Origin: Octopus vulgaris
Lineage: Eukaryota
DNA length: 64,000 bases
Assembly (NCBI GenBank): GCA_951406725.2
Contig: OX597817.1
Location: 143,840,001 to 143,904,000, forward strand
Direction of reading: 5' to 3'
Part shown: one piece after another, positions 43,939 to 56,245 of the stretch
Layout: every line of letters begins with the position of its first letter
How positions within the stretch are numbered: the first letter of the stretch is position 1
The notes under the pieces: model-generated
What the model was told of the DNA's origin: nothing
Databases searched by the model: none
Seen by the model: the letters and a program-made list of their open reading frames with translations, nothing else
Position numbers and translations under genes: made by a program

Positions 43939-44180
43939 CAGTGGTTCTCTACCGGGGTACAGATAAGGTTTTGCTGTTGAAATTTATGTACAATAAATTG
44001 GTTATAGCTCTACAATTCTCAAAATAGTTTAATTTTTTAAAATACAATTCCTAATAATTTTTAATTAGAAAAATACAGTAAGATTTTTTTTTATATACAG
44101 TGAATGGCTATAGAGAGCCAGAAGGGTGAAATAGAGATTGAAGGGGTCCATAGGGGGGAATAAATGGTGGAGAGCCATTG
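43939..44180. mobile_element. hAT-type MITE (old)
   Basis: TIRs cagtggttctctacc / ggtggagagccattg; degenerate TSD. Confidence 0.6.
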
Positions 44181-44740
44181 GCAAAGATCTTTCAACCACA
44201 TTAAATAAAGTCCAGAAAATTTTTATTGTATTACAAAAAAAATAACCCCCACCCCTAATTTATTAGTATATTTGCTGATTGCTTCATGTTTTGTGTGTGT
44301 GTGTGTGCATGTGAATGTGTGTATATTTTTCTTCATATAACCACAACATCCATATTCCATCATAGAAGCATTCAAATATCATACATTCTGGCTCAGTATA
44401 GTTACTGAGCAGAACTGACTTGTTTCTGGAATGGCAAGTTCAGAATATATTAGTTTCCATTGCATATCCTGATATATGTCTGGATAGATTCCTTCAAAGA
44501 ATACCAGATAAGCCACCCATAATTGGATACAACTCACCCAACAAGAACTCACTACTTGAACAAAACTTGACTTAAACAGGATTCGAATAATCCTATCAGG
44601 TGGTGCTATTAAGTTAGACACGGCCTGGACCAATCTTTGGTCGAAACATATCTAAGTTTATCTAAGTTTATGTTAGCTAGAAAATAAATTTAGTTGACTA
44701 TTAAAAGTAGAACCAACCAGTTCTAAATTTAGGTTACAAA

Positions 44741-45131
44741 TCTCTCTATATATAAAGCTGAAGCTGTCTGTGTGTGGCAGGTTTTGTAGCCTTCAATTAA
44801 CACTATCTCCTCCAAGACCCTGTGGCGCAAGTTGACCAAAGTTGAGAGTATGATAGAAGAAGGCTTGCTCTTTCTTCTGTAGAGGAAAAAATTCAAATCG
44901 GACCATGTTAACACCAAAAATTATTACATCAAAAAGGTGCTTGTTTTCTATGAAAATCCCTATTTTTTACAATTTTTTGACTGCTGTGTCGCAATTTTTC
45001 TGTGTATTTCAACCAGAAAAATGTTCACTTAAAGAGAATAACAAGCTACATAATGCAAAATTTTTACTTTCCAAAAATTCCAATTCTAAAGGGTCGAAAC
45101 AAACCCGAGCAATGCCGGGTGATACTGCTAG
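44741..45131 (+). mobile_element. Non-autonomous Helitron
   Basis: A|TC 5' end (tctctctatatataaag), subterminal hairpin acccgagcaatgccgggt, CTAG|T 3' end, no TSD. Confidence 0.82.
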
Positions 45132-45634
45132 TAGAATATAAAAAGAAATGGAGTAGTAGACTTTGGTTGATAATATTCTTCAATTATAGATAAGTTTTAA
45201 TAAGGACGAAACATATGAAGGTTTATAGTTACATTACAACAAACCAGAATGTACTAATAGCCATACATATAGCTTGATATGTTACTGAGAAAATAAATTA
45301 GGTTAACTATTAAAATAACTGAAGAACTATCTAGAACAGCATTTCTCAACCGGAGTTCCGCAAGAAAGAGTGAGATAAGCTAATGCCAATTTCATGATCG
45401 TAATATTACTATACATGCACAACATATTATTGGTTATTGTAATATTGTAATATAGACATCATCCAATCTAACCTATTATGTTATCAAAAAATTTAACCAT
45501 ATATATATGTATAAAACCACATATATGTATATGTGCATATACACAAAGGCGTAATGGCCCAGATTTAGGACAGTGGACTCATGGTCATAGGATCGTGGTT
45601 TTGATTCCCAGACCAGATATTGTGAGTGTTTATT

Positions 45635-45920
45635 GTGGTCAATGAGGAGGGTAGTACCAATAGTAATTGGTGCACTTGGAAGCATCAGCACCTAACTACC
45701 ATCATGGTTCAAAAAGATTGGTACAAATGCAAAGGTGGAACACCTACAAAAATCAGCATTGCTTGGAACTGCAAGAATTCTTTGCAGGGTTCTTGAAGCA
45801 TGACCTGTAAACAAGTGTCACCTTAGTCTGCTGGCTGTGGACAGCGGACACTTTCCATCATACCCAGCAAAATAAACTGTGAGTTTTCATCAAAATAATA
45901 ATAATAAAATAACAATAATA
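45635..45920 (+). mobile_element. 3' end of a restriction-like-endonuclease LINE (R4/Dong/NeSL type)
   Basis: VVPIVIGALG...LQKSALLGTARILCRVLEA*, followed by a short 3' UTR and (TAA)n. Confidence 0.7.
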
Positions 45921-46741
45921 GGCGTAGGAGCGGCTCTGTGGTAAGTAGCTAGCTTACCAACCACATGGTTCCGGGTTCAGTCCCACTGCGTGGCACTTTG
46001 GGCAAGTGTTTTCCACTATAGCCTCGGGTCGACCAAAGCCTTGTGAGTGGATTTGGTGGATGGAAACTGAAAGAAGCCTGTCGTATATATGTATATATAT
46101 GTGTGTGTCTATGTTTGTGTGTCTGTGTTTGTACCCCCAACATCGCTTGACAGCCGAAGCTGGTGCGTTTACGTCGCAGTAAATTAGCAGTTTGGCAAAA
46201 GAGACTGATAGAATAAGTACTAGGCTTACAAAGAATAAGTCCTAGGGTCGATTTGCTCGACTAAAGGCGGTGCTCCAGCATGACCATAGTCAAATGACTG
46301 AAACAAGTAAAAGAGTAATAATAATTACTATTATTATTGTTGATGTTGTTATTAATATTCTGTTTTAATTAATAACTAATACTACTTTAAAGAATTCTTT
46401 TTAATCAAGGTAATTAAATGATTCAAAATAAGGACAATGATAGTCCTAGCATGAAGCAGGCTTATGACAGACAAACTATAAAGATTGCTGATTGGTTGTG
46501 TACTTCAGGGGTACGACAAAACATGTATTACTATTAAGAACTACAACTCATGTCACTGTACCTGTTTTTACAAAAAGCAATTTCCAGAAAAAACTCTATA
46601 CACACCATTTGGTCAAAGCTGGACTTTCTTGTATACATCAAACTTTAATATCCTTTGTGTGTATATGTGTGTGTGTGCGCAAGTATATATCTGTCTATCT
46701 GTATGTATGTGTGTATATATATAGATGTGTGTGTGTGTGTT

Positions 46742-46974
46742 CTGTTTAGGTAAGATCAACAAAATAGTACTCCATCCAGGGAGAGATAAATACCATTTAT
46801 TCATACTGTGTACATCATTTAATGTACACAGCATGAATAGACAATGTGGTCAGGGCCTGAAGATTGCTTGGAGACACAAGACATTATAAAAATATGCCTA
46901 GACCCCTAGACCTGCATCTCCAAAGCGAGAAACTATTGGTAGCTTGTATCTTTATACTGTGTACATTAAATGAT
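46742..46974. mobile_element. Microsatellite-flanked short-arm inverted element with hammerhead
   Basis: Arms 46814-46834 / 46954-46974, extra hairpin 46798-46839, (GT)n on the left and (AT)n on the right. Confidence 0.55.
46853..46945 (+). ncRNA. Type I hammerhead ribozyme with extended stem II
   Basis: Stem I GGGC/GCTT (two G.U); CTGAAGA (46857-63); stem II TTGC-TTGGAGA/TCTCCAA-a-GCGA; GAAAC tattg GTA, cleavage after A46941. Confidence 0.72.
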
Positions 46975-47251
46975 ATATATATATATATAATAATAATAAT
47001 TATTATTATTTGAGGGAATATTATTCCTAACTTACAGGGAAAAATTCAATTTAGAAATACTAAATCAAATTTCCCCAAATATAATGTATATATATATATA
47101 AAAATTAGAAAAACCACCTTTTATCAATTCAAAATTTACTTAATCATCGGTACATTATTGTTATTTTAATTTTAATATTTCTATTATATGTAATTTTCTA
47201 GATGGTGTAATTTAATTGTTCATTTTGAATTGATAAAAGGTGATTTTTCTA

Positions 47252-47290
<39 letters not shown>

Positions 47291-47327
47291 TGTACATATA
47301 TATACATACATATATATATATATATAT

Positions 47328-47529
47328 GTAGGTCCCGGGTTGAGTCGGGGTTAACCACAGTAAATAAGGTACTCAATACATAGCAGAGTAAATTAATTTA
47401 TTTTATAGAAGGAGCTTCTACAGGACTAGAACTATTTCATTCAAAAGAAATCATCAGAAATCATCAGCTTCCTGATGATTTCTTTTGAATGAAACAGCTC
47501 TAGTCCTGTAGAAGCTCCTTCTATAAAAT
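47328..47529. mobile_element. (AT)n-flanked foldback element with hammerhead
   Basis: Arms about 47399-47457 / 47472-47529; tail 47328-47398; (AT)n on both sides. Confidence 0.7.
47466..47516 (+). ncRNA. Type I hammerhead ribozyme
   Basis: Stem I AGCTTC/GAAGCT; CTGATGA (47472-78); short stem II TTC-tttt-GAA (U.U at base); GAAA; stem III ACAG/CTGT; GTA triplet, cleavage after A47510. Confidence 0.8.
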
Positions 47530-47631
47530 ATATATATATATATATATATATAAAAGTTGAGTTGTGGGGTATCGCACGAGTGGGATTATATAAGAAGAAA
47601 GGTTTGAAAATGCAATTTAAACGATGTTTAT

Positions 47632-47676
47632 TTACTTAACCGGTTTCACTCTTTGGTAAAAGATTGTCAAAAGTAA
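47632..47676 (-). ncRNA. Hammerhead ribozyme, U3-A8 variant (inverted copy)
   Basis: Reverse complement of 49483-49527. Confidence 0.62.
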
Positions 47677-49099
47677 CATTAAAAGTAACATTGAATAATA
47701 TGGGTTCAAAAATGTTTTTTACATAATTGTCACATTGAATATTATGCATTCAAAAAAGTTTTTTACATAATTGTCACATTGAATATTATGCATTCAAAAA
47801 AGTTTTTTACATAATTGTCACATTGGATATTATGAATTCAAAAATGTTTTTTTATACATAATTGTCACATTACATGTATAAATATAGTGTTTGGTAACAG
47901 AGAAGTTCAATAGTGTGATGAGAATATTTGGAAAAATTGGCAGAAAAGGATAAAACAAATATATTATTGGAAATTTGGTTGCGTTAATTATTGGTTGTCG
48001 CAAATTGTCACATTACATGTATATATATACAGTCTTTGGTATATATATACACACAGTCTTTTGCCAGCAAAAATTAAAATGGATTTTTTATACATCTCAG
48101 AATATTTTAAGTTGAAGGCGAGAATACGTTTTTACTGACCTGTTTGTTTTAGCAGAAAGGTTGAAATGAGAGAAAAAAAGATATGTACCCAGTGTGGTGT
48201 ATACTTCCCCTTCAAGCATCAATGGTTTTGGGGTTATCAGGAGGTTAGTATGTGGGTGTGAATAGATGTGTCCTTGCCTGCTGGTCAGACAACGTCTGTT
48301 TGTCACACACACATATATATATACACACACACACACACATAACAACACACATACACACACACACATAGTATACAAACACACACCACATACACACAACACA
48401 CACACACACACACACAGAATACACACACACACATACACAACGCACCCACATATATAATATATACACACAGCACAAATATAACATGTATTTATATATAATA
48501 TACACACATATATAACACACATACACACAACACACACACAACACACGCACACATACATACATAATATAAATATCACACAAATACACCTAGCATATATATA
48601 CACATACAATACACACATACAGCATGTATACAATACACATACACAATATATGCTTGCAATATACGTACGCAATACATACATATAACATATATATATATAG
48701 ACAATGTATATACATATATACATGTATACATATAAATAGTGTTTACATACACATACATAGATATACCACATATACACACAATATACATACATACAATGCA
48801 TACACATACACGTACGCATACATATAATATATATAAACACATACACACACATAACATACATACACAATGCATACATATATATACACGCGATGCATATACA
48901 TGTATTCATGCACATATAGCACACCTACAATATACATATATACAATGCACACATACACACACATATATCCACTTAATTGTACACATACATATACAATACA
49001 CATACATACAATATACATATACACAATGCGCATGCAAATAATGCACATGCCTATACACACACAAACATGCAAATAAATATACACACACACACATATATG

Positions 49100-49133
<34 letters not shown>

Positions 49134-49482
49134 CATACATACATACATGCGCATACATATATTATTTTTCCACACACATACACACACATATATATATAAA
49201 AAATTCACACACACACCCACACACACAAATTACAAACCTATAGCGTACACACTCAAATATATCTCTACATACCGCACACACACACAATGTACTCACATAT
49301 ACACACATACCATGCATATATTTATACATGTAATGTGACAATTATGTATAAAAAAACATTTTTGAATTCACAATATCCAATGTGACAATTATGTAAAAAA
49401 CTTTTTTGAATGCATAATATTCAATGTGACAATTATGTAAAAAACTTTTTTGAACCCATATTATTCAATGTTACTTTTAATG

Positions 49483-49527
49483 TTACTTTTGACAATCTTT
49501 TACCAAAGAGTGAAACCGGTTAAGTAA
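49483..49527 (+). ncRNA. Hammerhead ribozyme, U3-A8 core variant
   Basis: Stem I TTACTT/AAGTAA; core TTGACAA; stem II TCTTT-tacc-AAAGA plus 2-nt GT insertion; GAAAC CG GTT with palindromic ACCGGT. Confidence 0.62.
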
Positions 49528-49566
49528 ATAAACATCGTTTAAATTGCATTTTCAAACCTTTTTTCT

Positions 49567-49597
<31 letters not shown>

Positions 49598-50143
49598 GTG
49601 TGTGTGTGCATATATGTATACATAAATATTGATATATACACACCTTAAAAGGTAATGCAAATTAGAAAATAATTACCTTTTGTCATAATATACCTGCATG
49701 TCAAGCATTCTTCAGATTGTGCCAATATTAGCAGGAAATTTCCAATACAAAGTGCATTTGCAAGATAATTTACTGCGTTTGGAAATAAAATCAAAAATAT
49801 GTATAATAAATATGTATAACCATGCAGAGGATCACGAGCAGCATCTCAGCAGTAGCTGGAAATAAACATTGTGCATCTAGAGCAGATTACTGTGTGCAGC
49901 ATGCATTAGTAGAATGTTTCTGGTGAAAAGCCACAGCTGGCTGCACATGCAGAGCCTGGAATATAAAAAACAGAAATTATAATTTGTGGAAAGCAGCAAA
50001 CTGTTATAATAAAATATCGAAGAAATACCAAATATATCAAACTATCTCCTCCTCGTAGGTAAAGTGATTGTATGTTGTCTTTTTCTAAACCAGTTCCTCA
50101 TGTCAAAATATTTTCCTTCTTAGATTGATTTTATGTTCAAGAT

Positions 50144-50241
50144 TGCCTGATGAAATGGTGTGGTTATGTAATAATCTAATATTATATTGTAATATTATGC
50201 ATTATTGAATAAATGGCCACACTGTGGAAAGATGTGTAGCA
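50144..50241 (+). ncRNA. Degenerate hammerhead ribozyme
   Basis: TGC CTGATGA; stem II ATGGTGTGGTT/GGCCACACTGT; GAAAG atgt GTA GCA. Position 15.2 is mismatched; stem I is 3 bp. Confidence 0.5.
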
Positions 50242-50629
50242 TGAATTGAGCAGTCCATTCATGTTCTTTTGGCTGTGTGGTAAGTAGCTTGCTTAGCAAC
50301 CACATGGTTCTGGGTTCAGTCCCACTGTGTGGCACCTTGGGCAAGGGTCTTCTACAATAGCCTTGGGCCAACTAAATCCTTGTGAGTTGATTTGGTAGAC
50401 GGAAACTGACAGAAGCCCATTGTATATAGAAATATGTGTGTGTGTGTATGTTTGTGCCCCTCCCCCCAACATTGCTTGACAACCGATGCTAGTGTGTTTA
50501 TGTTCCCGTAACTTAGCGGCTTGGCAAAAGAGACCGATAGAATAAGTACTAGGCTTACAAAGAATAAGACCTGGGGTCGATTTGCTCGACTAAAGGCAAA
50601 TGACTAAAATAAGAGTAAAAGAGAGTAAA

Positions 50630-50850
50630 GAGAATCTGTGGAGCACAATGAACTGGATTTTTCATGATGACAATCCACCCTGTCACTGAGCTTTCTTCAC
50701 TCGCCCTATTTGTCAGATTCAGCGCCTGCAGATTTCCATCTCTTCTCCAAGATGAAAAGGTGGCTGAAAGGTTGCTGTTTTAATGCCTTTGTCAAGATCC
50801 AGAGCAAATCGCAGAAGGTCCTCGACTTGCTTACGGAAAGTGACTTCTGC
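50630..50850 (+). mobile_element. Mariner transposase relic
   Basis: WIFHDDNPP and APADFHLFSKMK motifs, similar to 53830-54050. Confidence 0.65.
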
Positions 50851-51161
50851 TTCAACTAATTCCATCTAACCCATGCAAGCATAGAAAAATGGATGTAAAG
50901 TGATGATGAATGAAAGAACGATGATGCGAGGAAAATAAAATTAAACAAAGACTCATGGCATTCTTTAATTTTCTATTAAATACAGAAAACAATTTCAGGC
51001 ATGTCTTGGTCTTTCTCTAACCGTCTCAAAGGAGAATAGCTTTCACCCTTAATATATACCCCGGTCCATTAACTGAAGTGCTTATCTAAAAGGGCTTGTC
51101 AGTCCGCTTCATGGTCTTAGTGGACAGAATGAAAAAAGGCATTGACCTGGAGAATGGCAAG

Positions 51162-51671
51162 CAGGGCCAGATTAAGACCCACAGAGGCCCTAAGCACTTA
51201 AAGGGTTTTGGTGACCCCATATGTATGTAATTCAAAATATAAACATTAATAAACCATAAAATAAATTTGATCTGGCAGTATTTCTACAGCTGGATGACCT
51301 TCCTAAAGCCAACCACTCCGTGAGTGTAGTGGGTGCTTTTTACATGCCACCAGCACAGGTGCCAGGCGAAGCTGGCAACGGCCACAATTGGTTGGTGCTT
51401 TTTACATGCCACTGGCATGAGGGCAGTCGAGGCGGCGCTGGCAACAGCCATGATTGGATCATTCTTTCACGTGCCACCGGCACTGGTATCACAACTGCAA
51501 TTTCCATTGATTTTTTATCGATTTCGATTTCACTTGCCTCGAATATTATTTTAGAAAGTTTAAAGTGATTTCTTTTGTGCTGTAGACCATTTACCATTTA
51601 TGTGGTGCTCCATCCCCTCCCTTGATGCCCTAAGCTCGTGCTTATTTTGCTTAATGGCTAATCCAGTGCTG
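51162..51671. mobile_element. hAT-type MITE with nested SINE fragment
   Basis: TIRs cagggccagatta / taatccagtgctg; 8-bp TSD ATGGCAAG. Confidence 0.8.
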
Positions 51672-52752
51672 ATGGCAAGGGAGATGTGTTGGAACAGCCA
51701 GTCTGACTCATGGTGAATAGGGATGTGGTCTGGGGGCTGAGAATGGCAGAGGTCTCCACTGCCACAGGCTTGACCACAACCCTGTTAGAGAGTGACCGAT
51801 TCTTTGACATTTTTGCCCTCCTCAGCGTGAAGAGTTGTAAATGCCTGGGTAGCTGAGCACACCAAATTGCTGCTGGAGGTGTCATAGCATATGGCATCCC
51901 AGATAAGAGGCCTACCTATTTCTTTACTACCCACAAAGGGCTAAACACAGAGAGAACAAACAAGGACAGACAAACGGATTAAGTCGAATACATCAACCCC
52001 AGTGCATAACTGGTATTCATTTAATCGACCCTGAAAGGATAAGGCAAAGTTGACCTTGGCGGAATTTGAACTCAGAACACAGCGGCAGACACAAAATACC
52101 TATTTCTTTACTACCCACAAGGGGCTAAACACAGAGGGGACAAACAAGGACAGACAAACGGATTAAGTCGATTACATCGACCCCAGTGCGTAACTGGTAC
52201 TTAATTTATCGACCCCGAAAGGATGAAAGGCAAAGTCGACCTCGGCAGAATTTGAACTCAGTACGTAGCGGCAGACGATATACTGCTACACATTTTGCCC
52301 GGCGTGCTAACGTTTCTGCCAATTCGCCGCCTTCTCCCAGATAACAGGCCTATCACCACCGAACGGGAAAATTGTTATGCTGTCATACCTTTTACTGTCC
52401 CCTCAGTCTAGTCCTGCTGGCTTGAGCTAGGAAGGGAAGCCTGTGACGTCTATGCCATGCTTTATGATCTAAAAATATTCACCATATTTGTTGAAGTAAA
52501 GTTGGAATACATCGTTGCTCTTGAACAAGGGAGGTAATTCTGTTTGATTAAATTAGCTTAAATGAAAATACTTTCCATTGTGATTTAATGATTGAAAACA
52601 GGGCAACAGCATAATTAGCCAAACATAAAAATGTAGCACTGCTATCATGGAAAAATGGATGAGAAACAAAAACAAAAAACGTTCAAGGGATGAGCACACA
52701 TACAGATATTTGATACAGCATCTAAAACGCTTAAGCTAAGTTGAAAGAATTA

Positions 52753-53057
52753 TCAGGTCATCCCATAAGTTCTGTCCGATTTTATCTTTTTTAAAATTAA
52801 ATGAAATTTAATAGTATTTTAGAATGTCTAATGGAATTAAAAATTATTTTTATGCATTTGTGTACATTTAAACTAATTAAATATTATTTTGCAGAATAAT
52901 AGAATTAAAATTTTTTTGATTAAAACCTTTTCTAACATGGAAGTATCCAAAGAGCATTTCAGGCACATAATGCTTTATGAGTACAAAAAAAGGAAACTTT
53001 GCAGCTAAAGCAACTCAGAACATACACTCAGTTTATGGGAAAGAATGCTTGAATGAG
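52753..53057 (+). mobile_element. Mariner 5' fragment
   Basis: TA|TCAGGTCATCCCATAAGTTC terminus; ATG 52937 MEVSKEHFRHIMLYEYKK/GNFAAKATQNIHSVYGKECLNE (frameshifted), a typical mariner transposase N-terminus. Confidence 0.78.
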
Positions 53058-53306
53058 ATGTTTGCTATGCCATTAATGTTTGACGCCCTATATATATATA
53101 GAGGGAGAGTTTACGAAAAAAACAAAAGACAAAGACAGATCGTGTACAAAACAAACGCTCGGGAATAGAAAAAGTCTTTCATGTTTCGAGTCTACGCTCT
53201 TCTACAGAAAGGGACACATAAAAAAACAAGGAGAGAAAAAAATGTGTGTAGTGGCTAACGATCTATCATGCGTATATATACACACACACACACATATATA
53301 TACATA

Positions 53307-54377
53307 TGAGGTACTATCAAAACATTCCCAGACTAGTTCTATAGCACGCCAACTGATGGCAGCATATGGTTGTTTGTGCAGTGAGCGCTGGCAGTGACTT
53401 TCATGGGGCAGTGTATGAAGTGACATCATTGTGTTTACTTCACAAGTTGTCAAAGTTGTGTTTTTGTGATCATGTATATGCTGTAGTCTGCGATTTTGTC
53501 ATGGGCAGAAACAAAGAACCAACGTGAAATTTTGTGTTAAACTTTGGAATTCTGCTACAGAGACATTGAACATGCTTTGACAAGCTGACAACCATGAGAT
53601 AATTGGTTGTATGCAATGTTTCGTTCGGGTGGCACGGGTTCTTCAAAAGTGGAAGAACATCACTGGAAGACCGATGTGCAATTTGGAAGAACTGCTACGA
53701 GTGTCAGCCCCAGAAATGTGGTATCGTACATAAAGAATTCATCCCCCAGGGCCAGACCATCAATTGAGAGTTCTCCTGCGATATTTTGAAGCATTTAAAG
53801 GAGGACATTTGGCAAAAGGAACTGGATCTGTGGAGCACAAAGAATTTGATTCTTCATAATGACAATGCACCCTGTCATTGAATTCTCCTTACTTGGGAGT
53901 TTCTTGCCAAAAACATGGTATTGCTTCCACACCTACCCTATTAGCACCTGCAGACTTTCATCTCTTCCCCAAGATAAAAATGCTGTTTTAACACCACTGT
54001 TGAGATCTAGAGCGAATCGTGGAAGGTCCTCGCTTACGGAAAACAACTTCTAGGCCAGATTCCGAAAGTGGCAGGAGTGCTGGGACCAGTGTATTGCAGC
54101 CAGGGGCATAGCTAGAGTGGGGTAAGCAGGGCACATGCACTAGCTGCCACTTTGAGGGGGGCGCAATGTTTCTAATTAAGCCATTTCTATTCGAGTTACC
54201 ATATTTTGTTGGAGGCAGGGTCACAATTTTGATGCTTGCCCAGGGTGCCATTTACTCTAGCTACGCTCCTGATTGCAGCGCAAAGTGACTATTTCGAGGA
54301 GACAATGTTAAAACTTAGGTAAATAAGTTATTTTTTATTAAACATAACAAGTCCACAAACTTTTTGATACCACCTTG
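53307..54377 (+). mobile_element. Internally deleted mariner element
   Basis: TA-flanked imperfect TIRs (tgaggtactatcaaaacattcccagact / agtccacaaactttttgataccaccttg); transposase relics NVKFCVKL, ILHNDNAPCH, LAPADFHLFPKIK. Confidence 0.82.
54101..54271. mobile_element. hAT-type MITE nested in mariner
   Basis: TIRs caggggcatagctagagt / actctagctacgctcctg; 8-bp TSD ATTGCAGC. Confidence 0.85.
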
Positions 54378-55657
54378 TATAAGAATATGTACATGAAGAT
54401 GTGAAGGCATGTGATTAAGGGGTTAGGGTACTTGGCTCACAACCATAAGGTCATGAATGAAGGCGGTGAGCTGGCAGAAGCGTTAGCATGCCAGACGAAA
54501 TGCTTAGCAGTATTTCATCTGTCTTTATGTTCTGAGTTCAAATTCTGCCGAGGTTGACTTTGCCTTTCATCCTTTCGGTGTTGATAAATTAAGTACCAGT
54601 TACGCACTGTGGTCGATGTAATCGACTTAATCCCTTTGTCTGTCCTTGTTTGCCCCTTTATGTTTAGCTCCTTGTGGGCAATAAAGAAATAAGGTAATGA
54701 ATTTGAAAACTGGCAGCACATTGGGTCCTTAAGCAAGATACTTTACTTCACATTACTCCAGTCCACTCAGCTGACAAAAATGAGTTATACTTGTAATTCA
54801 AAGGGCCAGCCCTGTCACAGTGTGCCATGCTGAATCTGCCTGAGAACTATGTTAAGGGTACGTGTGTCTGTGGAGTGCTCAGCCACTTGCATGTTAATTT
54901 CACGAGCAGGCTATTCCATTGATCGCATCAGCGAGAACCCTCATCTTTGTAACTGATGAAATGCTAGTTTTATATGAATACTCTTTTATTCTTTTACTTG
55001 TTTCAGTCATTTTACTGTGGCCATGCTGCAGCACCACCTTTAGTTGAACAAACTAACCCCAGGATTTATTCTGTGTAAGCCTAGTACTTATCCCATTGGT
55101 AACTTTTGCCAAACCACTAAGTTAGGGGATGTAAACACACCAACATCAGTTGTCAAGCAATGGTAGGGGAGACAAACACAAACACACAAATACATATTTA
55201 CATATATATATATCACCATCATCGTCATTTAACTTCGTCTTTCCATGCTGGGTTGAACAATTTGACTGAGGGTTGGCTGCACCAGTCTCCCAATATATAT
55301 ATATATATATACATACATACACAGGTATAAGTTAGGTGTTTACAACCTCTAAGGGATAGATATATCGAAAGGCACTTCTGGTAATTACCTTAGTGGGTAT
55401 ATTCCTTGGTAAAAGGTATACGGCAGCAGGTAATTTAGCAAACTTCTGTTTGTTACTTGTCTACATACATACATACACACACACATACATATACGATGGG
55501 CTTCTTTCAGTTTCTGTCTACCAAATCCACTGACAAGGCTTTGGTTGACCTGAAGCTATAGTAGAAGACACTTGCCCAAGGTTCCGCACAGTGGGATTGA
55601 ACCCTGAACCATGTGGTTGGGAAGCAAGCTTCTTATCACAAAGCCATTCCTGCACAC

Positions 55658-55698
<41 letters not shown>

Positions 55699-55704
55699 CA
55701 TACA

Positions 55705-56245
55705 CATCTCCTGGAAGGACCGAGTACCAAACGGAGTCATCCTAGAACAGACTAATATACCAAGCATGCATGCCCTCCTCGTGCGGAGACGACTGCGCTG
55801 GCTCGGACACGTCTGCCGCATGCAGGACGGTCGCATGCCTAAAGACATCCTGTACAGCGAACTCACCACGGGATCCCGACCCAAGGGACGTCCACAGCTA
55901 CGATACAGGGATGTGTGCAAGCGTGACCTGAGGACTGCCAACATCTGTGTGGACACGTGGGAGGTAACAGCTGCTGACCGCTCTGCCTGGCGTCGGACAG
56001 TGAGGAAAGGCGTTTCCATGGCTGAGGAAAGGAGAGCACAGCTGTGGTCGGACAGGCGGGACAGGAGGAGGACAACTGCAGCAACACCCCACACGTACCC
56101 ATCGATGTTCGTGTGCAGCAACTGTACCAGGGACTGCCACTCTAGAATTGGACTGTTCAGTCACAGCAGACGCTGCTCATCATCAAAGTAGGCCCCACCC
56201 TTGGCGCGACCCATTGTCTATCAAGACAGACGGGAAAGAGAGAGA
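55705..56245 (+). mobile_element. 5'-truncated RTE-clade LINE, intact C-terminal ORF end
   Basis: ISWKDRVPN..RRLRWLGHVCRMQDGRMPKDILYSEL..GRPQLRYRDVCKRDL..CSNCTRDCHSRIGLFSHSRRC* (stop 56191). CpG-rich, so probably young; begins in an (AT)n tract. Confidence 0.9.

Larger units (their letters stand above)
47552..49570. mobile_element. Large (AT)n-flanked inverted-repeat element with variant hammerheads
   Basis: Arms about 47588-47885 / 49318-49570 containing ~42-bp tandem units (ttttacataattgtcacattgaatattatgcattcaaaaaagt); tail 47552-47587; ~1.4-kb spacer, mostly CA/TA low complexity. Confidence 0.68.

Noticed and set aside
44605-44660. gaccaa-tct-ttggtc GAAAC atat half-hammerhead
   Set aside because: No recognisable CUGANGA core upstream; too degenerate to call.
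48097-49338. Long ORFs up to 275 aa
   Set aside because: Translations of CA/TA low-complexity DNA (C/V/Y/M/I or H/T/Y/I only). The same applies to most ORFs in the track, such as 12342-12769 and 9107-9501.
49693-49954. Possible minus-strand exon
   Set aside because: Stops in all three frames; could only be non-coding, and there is no supporting evidence.
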